Part shown: in pieces, positions 37,601 through 51,900 of the stretch | Layout of the letters: the number at the start of each line of letters is the position of its first letter | How positions within the stretch are numbered: the stretch's first letter is position 1 | The notes under the pieces: generated by a model | Told to the model about the DNA's origin: nothing | The model's input: the letters and a program-made list of their open reading frames with translations, nothing else | Databases searched by the model: none | NCBI GenBank assembly: GCA_039621445.1 | Contig: CP154954.1 | Span: forward strand, 9,708,641-9,772,640 | Length of the DNA stretch: 64,000 bases | Direction of reading: 5' to 3' | From: Euglena gracilis | Lineage: Eukaryota | Program-made: the position numbers and the translations under genes

Positions 37601-40600
37601 AAGTTACCACCTTCCATTCCCGGACTCGTTGATTTGCAATGTTGGGAAGTTGTTACCCAGGCTTGTGCTCAGGTGACAGCTTTATGGGGGGCAGAGCCAT
37701 GCGCCCTCCCCAGGAACACCACTCTGCGATCGTCTATTCCACCAACCCAGAAATCTGGAAATTGTCAACTGGACTTGCACTCGCCGACATGTCTCCAACT
37801 TCACAACTTCTGGCTTCAGGGGTGCGCACTTTCCCACTGTACTCAGCAATTTTTTTGATTTTTTTCATTAAAATCGTGTTTCCTCTCTCATAGGGCTTTT
37901 TAGGGGCGGAGGATAGTCTTCCGGGTGCCAGCCAGGGTTGAATCCCATTGAGTTTGCCTGGAGATGGCCCACCCGGGAAACTGTCGGAGTCGTCGGCACC
38001 GGCCAACCTTGCCATCATAGAAACCCATCAGGGTGCCGGTGTTGACCGACCTGTGAGGTGACAGTTTCCGGGGGAGGGGTGGTCGGTACCTAATTGTCGG
38101 CGGATTTCGACCTGCAATGCGATCAGCAGACTGTGCACTATGCATCATGGTAGGTTTTTCGCGATTTTTGCGATTTTTTTTTGCGATTTGTTTCCGCGAC
38201 TCCACACGGTCGGGTGCGGGACTCGGTCCGGCGCGGCCCTGTACCCGCCGCCCCCCGGGGCCCTCCCCCCCGGCCGGCGCCGGTGCAGACGCAGCCAGAG
38301 CCGGTGCTGTTTGAGGAGACGATGGTCGTCATCAAGGACGTGGGGCACCCGGGCCGGAATGAGGTCGCGTGCGCCACGGTGACGCCCACGCGCCTGGAGC
38401 TGGTAAAGTCCGACGGGCAGAGCCCGGCCTCTTGGTGTTATTGTGTCGGACCCCTCCCGTGCGCAGAATTTGAGAATTTTTGACCCCCTTTTGGTGTTTA
38501 TTTGTGCCTCAGGGTTTTTGAACCTTCAAGGGAATTTGATGAGGGATTTGTAGTTCAGTTTAAAAGGCATTTTTCAATGCAATTACTTTGTTTTTTTGCT
38601 AAATTCCAGTTTGGCGCCTTTTTTTTATGTGGGTCAAGGCAAATTTATTACCCCCCCCCCCCGGGCAATTGACGCCCCCGGGCAATTGACACCCCCGGGC
38701 AATTTTCACCCCTGGCTGTGCCGGCCAATTTATCCCCCCGGGAAATTGTCACCCCCCTCCATGCTGCCCGATTTGTCACCTCCCCCCACAGAAGATGTTT
38801 GTGGACTTTCTTTTCACCGACACGACTCAATTGATCCTCTATTTCGCTACAACGTGCTGAGAAATGTCACATACCAAATGCTCTGCACAATATCACAACC
38901 ATAGCTGCATTTTTGCCTGTTCACTGGTGTTTCAGATGGTGTTCTTGGCCATTTGGATTTAACGTGGCCTACATGGGTGGGCAATTGACGCCCCCCTCTG
39001 TGCCGGCCAAATTGCCACCCCGGGAAATTGTCACCCCCCTCCGTGCTGCCCGATTTGTTACGCGACAATTGCCCGGGGGGGGGGCGGGTACCAGAAATGC
39101 ACAAAATGATAAATAATGATAAAATCTGAAATGATGTTTTTTTCCCCAGAAATCTTTCTGTTCACTGGGATGGGTTGTGCCCCTGTTTGAATTTCCATAG
39201 AGGGGGATTTTACCTTTTTTTTGGATGCCAAATGGAAGCACCCAGGATGAAGGGTTTGAAATAAAAATTTTATTCTCAGAGGTTGTAAATGGGGAGATTT
39301 TTTTTGTTAGGGAGGTGCCTTGTGCCTTGCTCAGACTCAGGGTTTTATTCAGCAGGGACCTTACCCACCGGGGGGGGAGGTCTAGCCAGCCAGCACGTTT
39401 TTCCCAGCCCACAGCTCCAAGCCGGGCTGCAGGACACCGCCCCTGCCCGGGGGTCCGCTGAAACAAAGTTTGGGTCAGCCCAGCGAAGCCAGGCTGGACC
39501 GAAAATTCTTGTAAAAGGTGGCAAAAAATGAATGGCATTTTTGATTTTTTGGGGGGGTTACTTCCATATTTTGGCTGAAAAATGCCAAACTGGTTGTTTT
39601 TAGAGCTCTTCTGCCATTTTAGTGGACACCAGCCAGGTTGCCTCTGCTTTCGGGGCACCAGAAGGTCCAGTCGCCCCGGCTTGACCCCCCCCCAGGCTCA
39701 CCCAGGGTTCCAGCCAGCACCCTTTTTTCCCACCTGGCCGGTGGGACCCCCCCCCCTGAGTGTTCAAGAAACCCCTGCTCAGAATTATACCTGCAGTTTA
39801 TCCGATATTTGACATGATAACAATAGAGAAAGAGTCTTTTTTTTATAGATGTTTTGCTCCATTCTTGATGTTCAACATAAGTGCCCTCGAGCAAGATATA
39901 CTTCAGCAATTCCGAAGAACATGAATTGCAAAATTGCATCGTTACATCACAACGTAAATTGCAAACGTTACCATTGCACAGTACCAAAGGCTGCCAGCGC
40001 CTCTCTGTCCCAATCAATGAGGTGTCTATCCAACCCTCCCTTGTGATCGCGGTTTGTCTTCTCACAGACTGGGGGTAGGGTACGAGGTGAGCGTTTGTTT
40101 GCAATGTGGGAGGGAGGTCTGACCCGCCGGGTCCTGACCCCCCTTTGGAGCCGTGATACGTGGAGATTTGGGCTTCCAGAGAACCCCAGAACCAAAATTT
40201 TATACCCTGCCGCTTGCATGTCCAATGTTTTCGATATTTTCTTTGATTGCTTTGAAAGCAACTGATAACAGCAATGTGGTTTTCTGCAGGACTGCAGTGG
40301 ACAGCATGCACCCGTGAGGACTTTTTGGGTGAGGGGGATCAAGCTTTGATAATTTCTCAGTCTCATTGCCAGATCCCTAGCAACAACACCATTTTTTCTT
40401 CCCCTTCAATCCCCTAAATATTTCGCGACACAGCCGTCTGCAGTATGTGGTTTTTTTTTGGAGAGGGAGAGTCGAGGAAATGTCAACACACCCCAAACAG
40501 CACGGCCGACATCTTAAGAGTTACGTTCGATGCATAATTCTAAAGTTTTCCGATAGTTGACATGGATTAATATTTATGCGGCACAGAACCCAATGGCTCC

Positions 40601-43600
40601 AACGGGTTTAACAAGTTATTATCCTCGCATGGGGCAGGGATGTCTGTCATCACAGGAATTTACAACGATCCCGGAAGTGGCTGGCCTGCCAGGGAGGTTT
40701 GTTCCCTGGTGAGTTGCCTGACTGCACCTCTGACTTGTCCTTTTGGGAAACCAGGAAACCCAACCAGGCCAGCCCCGAGAGTTGTCATACAGGTGTTCAC
40801 AAATTGAATTGTCAGGTGACAATTTCCGGAGGAGGGCAAGCGTAATAAAAACGAAACTCACACCCAACAGAGCATTAATCTGGAAAGAAGGCTACAATAT
40901 GTTTGGCCAAATGTGGGAGTTGTGGGGGTCATTTGTGTCTCAGGAAACCCCCAGCTGGGAGGTGCAGCCTTTTTTCGGTCGAGCGATTTCTGATGCTGTG
41001 AAAGGGCGTCTGGAGAGAAATGCTTTTGTATGTAACAGAGCGTAAACCAAACCAAAAGATGGGGGGGGACAGGCAGTGGTCATTTTCCAGCAAGCCCATT
41101 TTGTTTCAAGCTGCTTCCCCCCCCCCTCCCTAGTCTCAGTCCGTTTCCTCAGTCAGCCCAGTCACACATGACAGGGGTGCGAGGGGGGGGGGGGTGGCTC
41201 CCCTGATGTCAGCCACAGGCGAACCGCGGGGGCGTACCCCTTCGACAGCCGCTACTTCCAGGTGTTCCACAAGCACCACCGGCTGATCCACTTCTTCTCC
41301 TCCCGCACGCCCACCTCCGCCCATCGCTGCCCCGGCCCTGGCGGTCCAACGAACGGCGTGCGTTGATCAGTGCCATGTGGGTTGGCATGGACGATGTGGG
41401 GCCGGAGGAGGGCTGTCATCAACGACAAATGTGCCCATCATTCCAGGGGCAGCGACGATGCGGGGCGCAAGAAAGGCAGTAAGGAGTGGAGGGGGAGGGT
41501 GCAAGCGCACCAACAGGAGTTTTTTTAGTCTTGGACCCCCCTGCCCCCCCCCCAGGGGGGATATACTTTTCGCACCAAAGGTGCCGAATTTTTTGAAAAG
41601 GTGCTATTTTTAGCATTTTCGCAATTTTCTGGCCATATTGGGGGAAAAGTGAGTGGATACTCCGGGACCCCCCCGGTCAAATATGAAAGAATTTCAACAC
41701 CAATGAAATGGCCTTCGTTTTTATGTGGCCATAAGTTCATTGCTTCTCTGTGGTTGTTGGCATCGCGCGTTGTCCCCTGTCGGGCCCACCAACCTGGGGG
41801 CGATGGCCTCAACCGGTTCCGGCAGCTGGTGGCCGGCCCGGCAGGGGCGCCCCCGGATGCGCACTCCATGTGGAGCCGCCTGCAGCTGGAGCAAGGCCGG
41901 GCGTTGGCCAGGGGCTGTGACTGATTCAGTTGTGAGTGTGCGAACAAGTGTGTTCTGCGTGGGGGAGGAGTGGTGGTGAGTGTCTGTGCAACCTGGCGCG
42001 TGTGCCAGACATGCTGTCTGTATTGACGGAAGCACAGAGATTGGGAGAATTATTTTCAAGTCAATACTTTTCAAGCCAAGTGTAATAAATTTTCAAGCAC
42101 CGAAATAATCGGCAATTTAATTTTGGAGTGTTTTGTGAAGGGATTCGGTGCTGTTTTACTGTCCAATGAACAGTTTGGTTGAAAGACATGGTCGTTGGGC
42201 ATGTGCAATTTCTGCTCTTATTTTTCTTCGACACCCCCAAAACAAAGAATTTTCTTCCCTGGCGCAAGGTCATGTTCATCTGTTTTTTTGCCAATTTTTC
42301 AGAAAATACTCCGGGGCAGGGTTTGATATAAGGAGGGCGTACATGGTTTAGGTGGGGGGGGTGCCCCCCCCCCCCCCCCCCCCCCTCCTGGCCCGCAGGG
42401 GGGGGGTCCGGACCACCCCCCCCCACCTGCCAGGGGGTCCGGACCGACCCTCGGGGGGGTTCCCGGGACCCCCCCCCCAAAAAGGGTCAATTTTTTCCTC
42501 CGGCGCTTCGCGCCGAAATTTTTTTGCATTTTTGGCACATTTTTGCCCAAAAAGTGCCCAAAATGCGCCGGGCCGAAATTCGGCCACCCTGACCGCGCAC
42601 CTGTTTAGGTGGGGGGTGTCCCCCCCCACCCCCCCCCCCCCCTTGCCCCCAGGGGGGGGGGGGTCCGGACCACCCCCCCCCACCTGTCCTTATATCGAAC
42701 CCTGCTCCGGGGTGCGTTGCTAACAACCAATTATTTCGATATATTTTCCAGCTTAGTTCCAGATTTTCCTTTGCACAGGAGGAGGAGTTGACCCACCCAG
42801 GGGGGGAGCAGGGTCCGGAAAAGGGTCCTTACCGTGGTTCTGATGTCCACCTGTGGATCCAACCCAGCTCACCCGTGATCGCACGCAAAATAATCATTCA
42901 AAAAGAGAACCTCTGAAATCCTCGAAACCTCCGAAAAGCGAGGTTTATGATTTCTGCGTGTCCCATTTTGTCTCGCATTCTGCACCGTGTTCGGCTTAGA
43001 CACGGCGATAGGCCGTGTCTAACGCCGTCCGTGGGAGCCCCCGGCTCCACCCCCCCCCCCGGCACCTGCCCCCGAGCAGCCCGAAGCCCGCCTCGCGCGG
43101 GGCAGCCGGGGCCGGGGCCGCCACGCCGGCCAGCCCCGTCGACGTCCCGCCCCCACCCCCGCCGCCCCAAGCCCCCTCTCGCACGCCGACCGCCGTCGCG
43201 GAACCGGAGGCGGGGGCGTCCTGGCCGCCTCCGCCGGCGTTGCCCGGGGGTCCCATGTCCCCTCCCGGTTGTTCACCCCCCGAAGAGAACCAACCTCCCT
43301 GCCATGGCGGACGGGGTGACAACAATTTGCTCCCTGCCCAGTTTTGGTTCCCACCTGCTGAACTGCTTCTCTGATGTTGACGTTGAATTGTTTTCATCTG
43401 TTCCTTCTGGCTCTGCCTTTTATTCATTTTCTGCATCTCATGTGAACAAAACCTGCATGTATGGCACATAATATAGTTCCCTCCTGCACACCAATCGAGG
43501 ATATTGTTGAAAGGATGTTTTATTTGTAATTATATCTTGTGCCTCGTTGGTGCTTTGGCACTAGCACTTAACGATCCTGTGTTGTTTTCTCTGACCATTC

Positions 43601-44560
43601 CCTCCCTCCCTCCTCCCTCCCTCTCTCCCTCCCTCCACCCACACAACAGTGCTTCACAATTCTGGTTTTTTTTGTAAAAATTTGGTAAGAACAACAAAAA
43701 AGTATGCTGCCCAACCCCTGGGCTTGTCCAACGACCCCCCCTCAGTCAGATGTGATATTTTTGGATCCAATGTTGGTTCTATCAGGATTAATTGTGTGAA
43801 TTTTGCTTTTTATGCAAAGAAAAATGGCCACCACAATGAAATCGCTGGGAATGTTGAGAATGGCAAGAAAAAACTCCCTGCAAAACAGTTTCAAAATACA
43901 CAAAATGGCAAATTTCGGTGGAAATTTCCATAATTGGCTCAACGTTGTGCAATATTTTTTCTAAGGAAGGGCCCATCCTCCACACAGCCAAACCGAAGTC
44001 AATTCATGTGACTTTGGCTTGGGAGGTGGAACCCCCCCTTGTCCAATGGCTACAAATATTTTTCTTGCACCAGGGGGCGGTCGCTAAAAATAGCCAATGT
44101 TTGTCTCCAACCAGGCAAGGGTTGGCCATAGGTGGGGGTTTGTGGCACTTTTGGCATTTTTTTTTGGGCCCCCTAATTTCACTCTTGGCCGTTTTTGGCC
44201 TTTTTTGGACATTTTTGGCCATGCGTGGCCTTTTTTTTCGACAGCTTTTGGCCATCGGTCGCAACCTTGAGAACATGTTATTCAACAAAGGCGGCCAGCG
44301 GCCGGCTGTGCGGGCCGCTGCGCCCCCCTCCCAGCGTCCCCCCTCCCTGCCGGGCAAACGGCGGGCGTCGCATGAGCCGCCGCAGCCACCGCCGCCAGCC
44401 TTCCCGACAGTGCGTGAGGTGTCGGCCCCAACCGCCGCCCCGCCCCCCGCCCCTCCCCAGGCGGCACCTCTTGCATGGGTGGGCGGGCGCCACAAGGTTG
44501 CTGATTAGATTAATTAATTATTGGATTAATTACTTAATTAATTGATTAGTTAATTAAGTA

Positions 44561-44611
<51 letters not shown>

Positions 44612-47600
44612 AATTAGACAATTAATTAATTAATTAATTAATTAATTAATTAATTAGTTATTTAATTGTTTAATTAATTTAGTAGTTAACTAATTGGATT
44701 AATTTGCAAATCTAATTAATTAGCTCAATAAAATAGAACCAGCTGGGGTACCGTGGGAGGTGGAATCATGGGAAGTGGCGCCGGGGCCAGGCACGGCCAC
44801 CACCACGGGCCAGTATTGGTGGTGCTGTGGCCACCTCGCACGTCCCAAGGTGATTGATGAGGCCATTGGGAGGATTAGGGTTAAGATTCCCCTTCAAACA
44901 TTTTAACCTTTCCCACCCGACATTGTTATATTGACCTGTACAGGATACTCAGCGAGCCCAAAGTACTGCCCAACGAGGTGCCGAACTTGCCAAACGACGG
45001 CCCCCCATTCGCATCAACCATTGTTGGGCAGCATTTGGGTTCGCTGGTATCCTGCATGCGCCAGTTATCACGCAAACATGCGCATCGATGGCAATGGAAG
45101 TCTCAAGACTCTGTGAGAACTCACTGCTTGCGTTTAATATCTGGCCACGGCCAGCCGCGGAGCCACCTCCCACGTTCGCCACCTCCCACGATAACCCACC
45201 CAATTATTTTGCTTGATCATTGTTTTGGTACCAAAACAATTTTGCACGGTTTTTGTGGACACGTGGATAAAAATGTTAGGAATCCCTTGAAATCAAACGA
45301 TCCATGCAGATTCAGAAGCCTATTTTTAAAATGAAAAAAATCTTGTTTTTGAGTTCATTTTGTATTTCTTTGAAGAATATGCCAAAAGAATGACAAAAAA
45401 TATAGGATAAGATGCTAGTAAATACACATATATAATATCTTTTAGGATTCCCAATGATAATTTGGTGTTGTTTAAAAATGGGATGCCCAATTTTTTTATT
45501 GTGCAGAAAAAATTGATTTCTTTGATTTGTTGGGAATAAATTTAAACGAAAAATGTTGTGAGAATACTGCATCAAAAATGATGATGGATTCTTGATCAAA
45601 CAAAGTTAAGCTTCCAGTATTATGGGAAATTTGGGAGATTTCTCTAAAAATGTCAAAAAATTTGTGTAGTGACAATCTTTGTAATTTTTTTTGAATAGAA
45701 TTCCGGGTTTGTCCAACCAGTTTTCCATGGCATCGTCACCTTCGGCAGCTCCCAAACAAATTTTTTTTTGTCCAAGTCCTTGCTGGTTTCGAGACGGGAG
45801 GAGCGGGAGGAGTAGAGATCACTCTTCTGTTGGGATGGGGGGGGGGGGAGGAGTCTTGACCCACCTTCTGCAGGCTTCCCACTCTTTCCTGGGCTCCCCT
45901 GGCGACTTCTAACATTTTTTGGCTAGTTTTGGCTTTTGGGCCATTTTTGGCCACTTTTGGCCTTTTTTTTAGCCGGTTCTGGCCTTTTTTTTGCCGGTTC
46001 TGGCCTTTTTTGGCTACTTTTTTTCCTTTCAATTCTTACAAACTTTCAACCGATTTTTGGCCGTCTGGCGCAAACGCTGCTAGACACAATGCCAAGCCCA
46101 TTTTCCTGAAAAAATTTGCACCAATTTTCGCCATTTCGATCGTTCATTGTGACCTTTTTGGACCACGGCGAGGTGCGCTCTGCCCCCGACGCGCCGAACG
46201 GTCCCCCCCGGCCGCGCCCCCCGCAGCGCCGGCGCGACACTGACCCCGCGCCCCGCCGCCGCGGCCGCCCCCCCGGCCCCGCCCCGCAGTGGGGCCGGCC
46301 GGTCCGCCGCGGGGGCGCGGCTGCCGCCCGACGTGCTGCCCGCCGCCGCCAGCGCCCCGCCCCCGCCCCGCCCAACCCGTCCCCCACCCCGAGCAGAGCA
46401 CGTGCGATTGTCGTATTCCCGTGGCGGCATTTTTTTTGTGCTTTTTTGACGGAGTCTGAAGTGGCCGAGATTGTTAGCCAAACAATTCTGAAGACAGAGT
46501 TGCCGTATTGGGATTTTAAATGAATTTGTTTAAATTATGTTTGCAGCCATACTTTGGAAGCCTCATCTTGGCCCCCCCCCCCCCCGCAGGGGGAGGGAGG
46601 CCTCCAGGATGACTGGGGGGTGTCCCTCGTTGGTCCAGGAAGTATAACGCGGGTGTACCCTGGGACTCCTCTTTTTGGGGGGTGGTCTTTTAGATACTGA
46701 TTTGGGGAACGTGGGTTATTGGTGGAGATGGGGTTGGAGTTACGATTGGACCGACCTTTTGGGTTTCCGCCTCTTATACGCCTCTTATACTCTTATCCCT
46801 TTCAGCCTCCAACAGCAATGCTGCCTGTGCTCTCGCCCCCTGTCAGCCTCATTTGCCCGCCCGTTCGTTCCCTTCGGGCCCTGCCACTGTCCAGCTCGGC
46901 GACCGGCACTCCCCCCCTCCCCCCCTCCCTCCCACCCCCGGTGCCCCCAGTGCAGCCCACCGTGCCCCTCACCTTCGTGCCCCCACCGCCTCTCCCGGAG
47001 CCCAATGCACCCGCGCGCCACACCCTCCTTTCGGCTTGCGTCCGATCCCCCGGGGTGGACCGGAATACCGAAAACCTCTGGGTGTTGGGGAAGTGGTTCT
47101 TGGATCCTCCTCCCCCGATTCCTCTCTGAGCAGATGGGATCAAACATGAAATCACGGGGAGTGCAGTACCCCCGAACGACAGTCACCCCCGGAACCTTTT
47201 TGGTTTGGGGGGGCCGACCCCACACCCCCTCTTGTATTTCCAGAGGTGCCAATGTTTATGTCAAATTTTTATTTTGGCGCCGTCCCCCTCCCCCTCCCGC
47301 CACCTCCTGGGGGTTGACCCCCACCATGATTCCCGTACAGCCCTGCACTGAGGGGGGGGGGGGCGTCGCTTAAAATAATTTGGTCCCATCCCCTGGGGGT
47401 GTCCAGCCAATCAGCAGCTTTTTTCCACCCTTGAACCCTCCCCCCCCCAATCAACACTATTTGTTTTGAAGCATTCCAACGGGTGGTGACGTTTTTTTTT
47501 TTGGCTTCGGAGGTGCAAATATGTGCCAAAAATGGGCAAGAATGGGTCCGAAGAGGGCTGGGCACATTTTGGGCCAAAATATCAAGTTTTAGCATAATTG

Positions 47601-48838
47601 GAAGTTTTTTTTAGTTTCAATTTTTTGGTACCTGGTACGACCCCGGGACCGAATTTCAGCCAATGGGGACCCCATGGGGGGGGGTGGTCATCCAGCAGCC
47701 GGGGGGGGGGGGGTGTTGCTAAGCATCGCCCTGAGAGTTGGCATTGCTCAGTTCCATTGGAATCTCCACCTCCCCCCGGGGAACTGTCTTCCACCCTCAG
47801 ATTTTTTAGCCTGTTCTCACTGTCCTCATGGGGACCTGTCTCCAACTCACCTTTCTCCTAACGATTTTTTGTGTGATTTTTTGTGTTTTTTTTTGGATTG
47901 AAGAAAAAATTTCCCCAAGCTGGAAATATTGTTAATGCTTTCACCCCCATGCTTCTGATCACAAGCATGCGAAGAAGAATCGCCCTTTCGGGGTTTTATG
48001 TCGGCTGTGGTTATGTCGGCTGTGGTCGAAAAACGGGTATTTCCCCCCTCTGACCCCGACCCCTCTCAGGAAATTTTCCTCTGATCCCGTATTTGCTGAC
48101 CTGTTGTAGTCAAAGGAACCCGCCTCCTATCTCTGTACTCGTTGCCTTGTCAGAGTGGATACGGTTTCTGGCGAGGCGGTGGGTTGACTGACGAATTGGA
48201 CAGTACCAAAGGTTCTCTAGGAATGAAAATTTCCTAGGTGGCGGAATAAAAGGTTTCGCAAATGAGGATAAGACCAGGGTGACAAGAAGTTGGCACCCCC
48301 GTGGTGGTGTCACAGGTGCCCCCAAACAGGTCGGCAACATGAAAATCAACCCCTAACCCCTTAAAACCATGCAGAGCGGGAGGGTGAATGCGGGTTCAGA
48401 TGCTAAATCAGTTGTTGTTTATCTGGACCGCCCACCAAAAGAAAAAAGGCTCCTTCCATATGACTGAACATCTTGTTTAAGCGTTGTTCAATGTAAAAAC
48501 ATGGGGTTGCCAAGAAGTTCTTCAAGACTCATTTGGTCAAATGAAGCCTGCTTCGCTGTTGGCCTGCGTGATCACCAGTTCGAAGTTTGCCGAATGGCCT
48601 CCCGTGATTATCCTGATTTGGACATGCACCATTGGGGAGGGGGTTCTCATTCTGGCAATACTTCGATCCGTCCATTTTCTGTTGCTGGCGGTTGCCACAA
48701 GCAGAGGGGACGACCCAATTCCTGGGCAAGAGATCCCTCGACTGAACAGCCTTCTGCTGCGCTCCTGCTGGCGATGAAGCAAACCATGCACACACACAAA
48801 TGATGCCAGTGAGTAGACGGTTGTGGAGTGCAAAATAA

Positions 48839-48873
<35 letters not shown>

Positions 48874-48941
48874 GTATACATATGCATACATATACATATA
48901 TTTGTATATATGTATATATGTATATATACATATGCAAACAT

Positions 48942-48979
<38 letters not shown>

Positions 48980-51900
48980 GTGTGTAATGACGTTTCAAAT
49001 ATGATCGAAACATTTTTCTTCCTCCCCCCGTGTCCAGTGATTTGTTCACTGGCCTTGTTTACTCAGGACATCTCATTGGGTATATCCTTGTGTAGCAAGC
49101 GTGTGCTTTGGTATTTGTAGTGCTTTGTGTGTGTGGTCTTTTAGGATGTGTAGTAGCATGTGCTTCAGGAGTTGCACCCCCCCCATCGAGGGGTGGGCTG
49201 GACTACAGCCAGTCTAAAATGGGCCAAATGTATTTTCTAATGGACCCTGAGGGGGGGTTGTCACATTAGATAGTGGAAAGGAAGGGCCACTGTTAAAATC
49301 ATGGCCTACTGAGGAGATTGTCAGGGTCCCCGGGACTTGCGAGTTTGTCAGGCAGCATTATCTCAAGGTGGAGTGGGGCCTTTGGTGGATGGCAGTACGA
49401 TGGGCTGGGGCAGATGGCTGGTGCAGACGCCCCGCCGCTGCCTAATGCTCAGGAGCGTCGAGGTCGGCCGCAGGACCCCTCGGCCAGGAGGTGGGCACGC
49501 GACAAGCCGTACATCCAGGCTCCTGCTGGATTTGAGGTGCCGACCACGAGGTGGTGGCACTGCCACATCACGAGGATGATCGTAACTGGGCAGTTCGAAA
49601 ACGTTTGCTGCAGGATTGGGTGTATTTCTGTGCGAAGTGCACGTGTGTATTATTATTATTATTTATTATTTATTATTGCCAAGTCATGATGTAGAGCAGT
49701 GGGTGGGCGGCACACAAACGTGGGCACACACAAATTGTGTTTATTGCTGTTTTTCCCCCCCTTTGTTTCGAGGTTCTTTGTTTTTCTCCTCCATTTCGAA
49801 ATGATTTTGATTTTTTTTATTCAATTATGCATGTATGTACGTTCGTACGTACGTACGTACGTACGTACGCACGTACGTACGTATGTATGTATGTATGTAT
49901 GTATGTATGTATGTATGTATGTATGTATGTATGTATGTATGTATGTATGTATGCATGCATGCATGCATGCATGCATGCATGCATGCATGCATGCATGCAT
50001 GTATGTGTGTATGTATGTATGTATGTATGTATGCATCGTAATTGGGCAGTTCGAAAACGTTTGCTGCAGGATTGGGTGTATTTCTCTGCGAACTTCACGT
50101 GTTTATTAGTATTATTATTATTATTATTATTTATTGCCAAGTCATGATGTAGAGCAGTGGGTGGGCGGCACACGAACGTGGGCACACACACAAATTGTGT
50201 TTGTTGCTGTTTTTTTCCCCTTTGTTTCGAGGTTCTTTGTTTTTTCCCCCATTTCCGAATGATTTTTAATTTTTTTTATTCAATTATGCATGTATGTATG
50301 TATGTATGGATTTACGTTCGTACGTACGTACGTTCGTAAGTACGTACGTATGTATGTATGTATGTATGTATGTATGTATGTATGTATGTATGTATGTATG
50401 TATGTATGTATGTATGTATGTATGTATGCATGCATGCATGGATGGATGGATGGATGGATGGATGGATGGATGGATGGATGGATGGATGGATGGATGGATG
50501 GATGTATGGGATGGATGGATGGATGGATGGATGTATGTATAGATGGATGGATGGATGGATGGATGGATGGATGGATGGATGGATGGATGGATGGATGGAT
50601 GGATGGATGGATGGATGGATGGATGGATGGATGGATGGATGGATGGATGTATGTGTGTATGTATGTTCGTGTGTATGTGTGTACATGTGTATACATAAGC
50701 ATGGAAGTTTCTTATGCTATATGATATAAGTACAATCTCCTTGAGGGCACACGCACACACAGTAATACACCTGATGTTTATCGGTTGCTTGCCCCCCCCC
50801 CATGCGCCAGCGCGCTTCGGTGCCCCATCATTTCCTTCCCACCACTGCCCTGTGCCAGTGGCGCCGGTCCCCACCGTGACCAAGGTCCACTCCGACCCCA
50901 TCGCCAGCCCGCCCGTCCGCCCGGACGGCGCCACACCCCCAGCCCTGGCCCCACGCATCAGCCCCCTGAGCCAGTCCCCCCGCCTGCCGTCGCCGGAGAT
51001 GTTCAGCCCCGCGGCGGTGTCCCCCCGGCTGGTCTACCCCGAGACGTCACGGGTGTCTGCCCAGAGGCTGCCTGTCCTGTTCCGAAAGAAACCCCCGCAA
51101 AATGCACCCCCGGTTTTTTTGTATTTTTTGGTTTATTTCTCAGATTTCACCATTTTTGAGCAATTTTCAGTTGGTCACCATTTTTTTGACCAAAAGTACT
51201 GAATTCAATGCCTAAAAAGTCGTAAAACGTATGTTTTTTGGGGGGGGATTTTTTCCCCCATATTGTGCCTGCAACACACAACCACCCAGGGGGGGGGTTA
51301 AATTTGGGGGTATTGTGTATGAGTTGTATTGGGGGTGTTCGCATTTTCTGACATATTGTTGAAATGATTTTCTTCCTGAAGAGGTCATCAGCACCTTCCA
51401 AGTTTGTTTAGATAAACAGTGAGTGAATGTGTGCAAGCCACCCAGGTTGAGCAGTGGACGTTGATGAAATGGTATCTTTTCCTTTCCTTCTTCCAAAACT
51501 CCCCCCTTGGGCAATATTTAACAAATATGTGGGTGACGTGGTGCCAACGGCACAGAGGACTAACACGAAAGGAATGTTTCGAAAGAAAAACACCACGTAA
51601 TGATAACGTGGAGGATGCGATATGGCGTGCTGGTCTGGAAGGCATATACCCCGGGAAACTGTCTCCTGACAGAGTAACACTGCACAGGTAAATAAATAGG
51701 TACTCGGGCTTGCCCATCGGCCCTCCACGCACGGCCGCCCCTGCTGGTGCCCCCTCCGGGGACTTCTTCCCCCTGCGCAGCAGCAGCCCCGCCCCCAACG
51801 CCGGCCGCCCCCCCAGCCCCTCCATGCATGCCCACCCCCGCCGGAGTGCCAGCCATCCAACTGCTTCCTGAAGTCCATTGTACAGTTCAGCTGAAAATTA

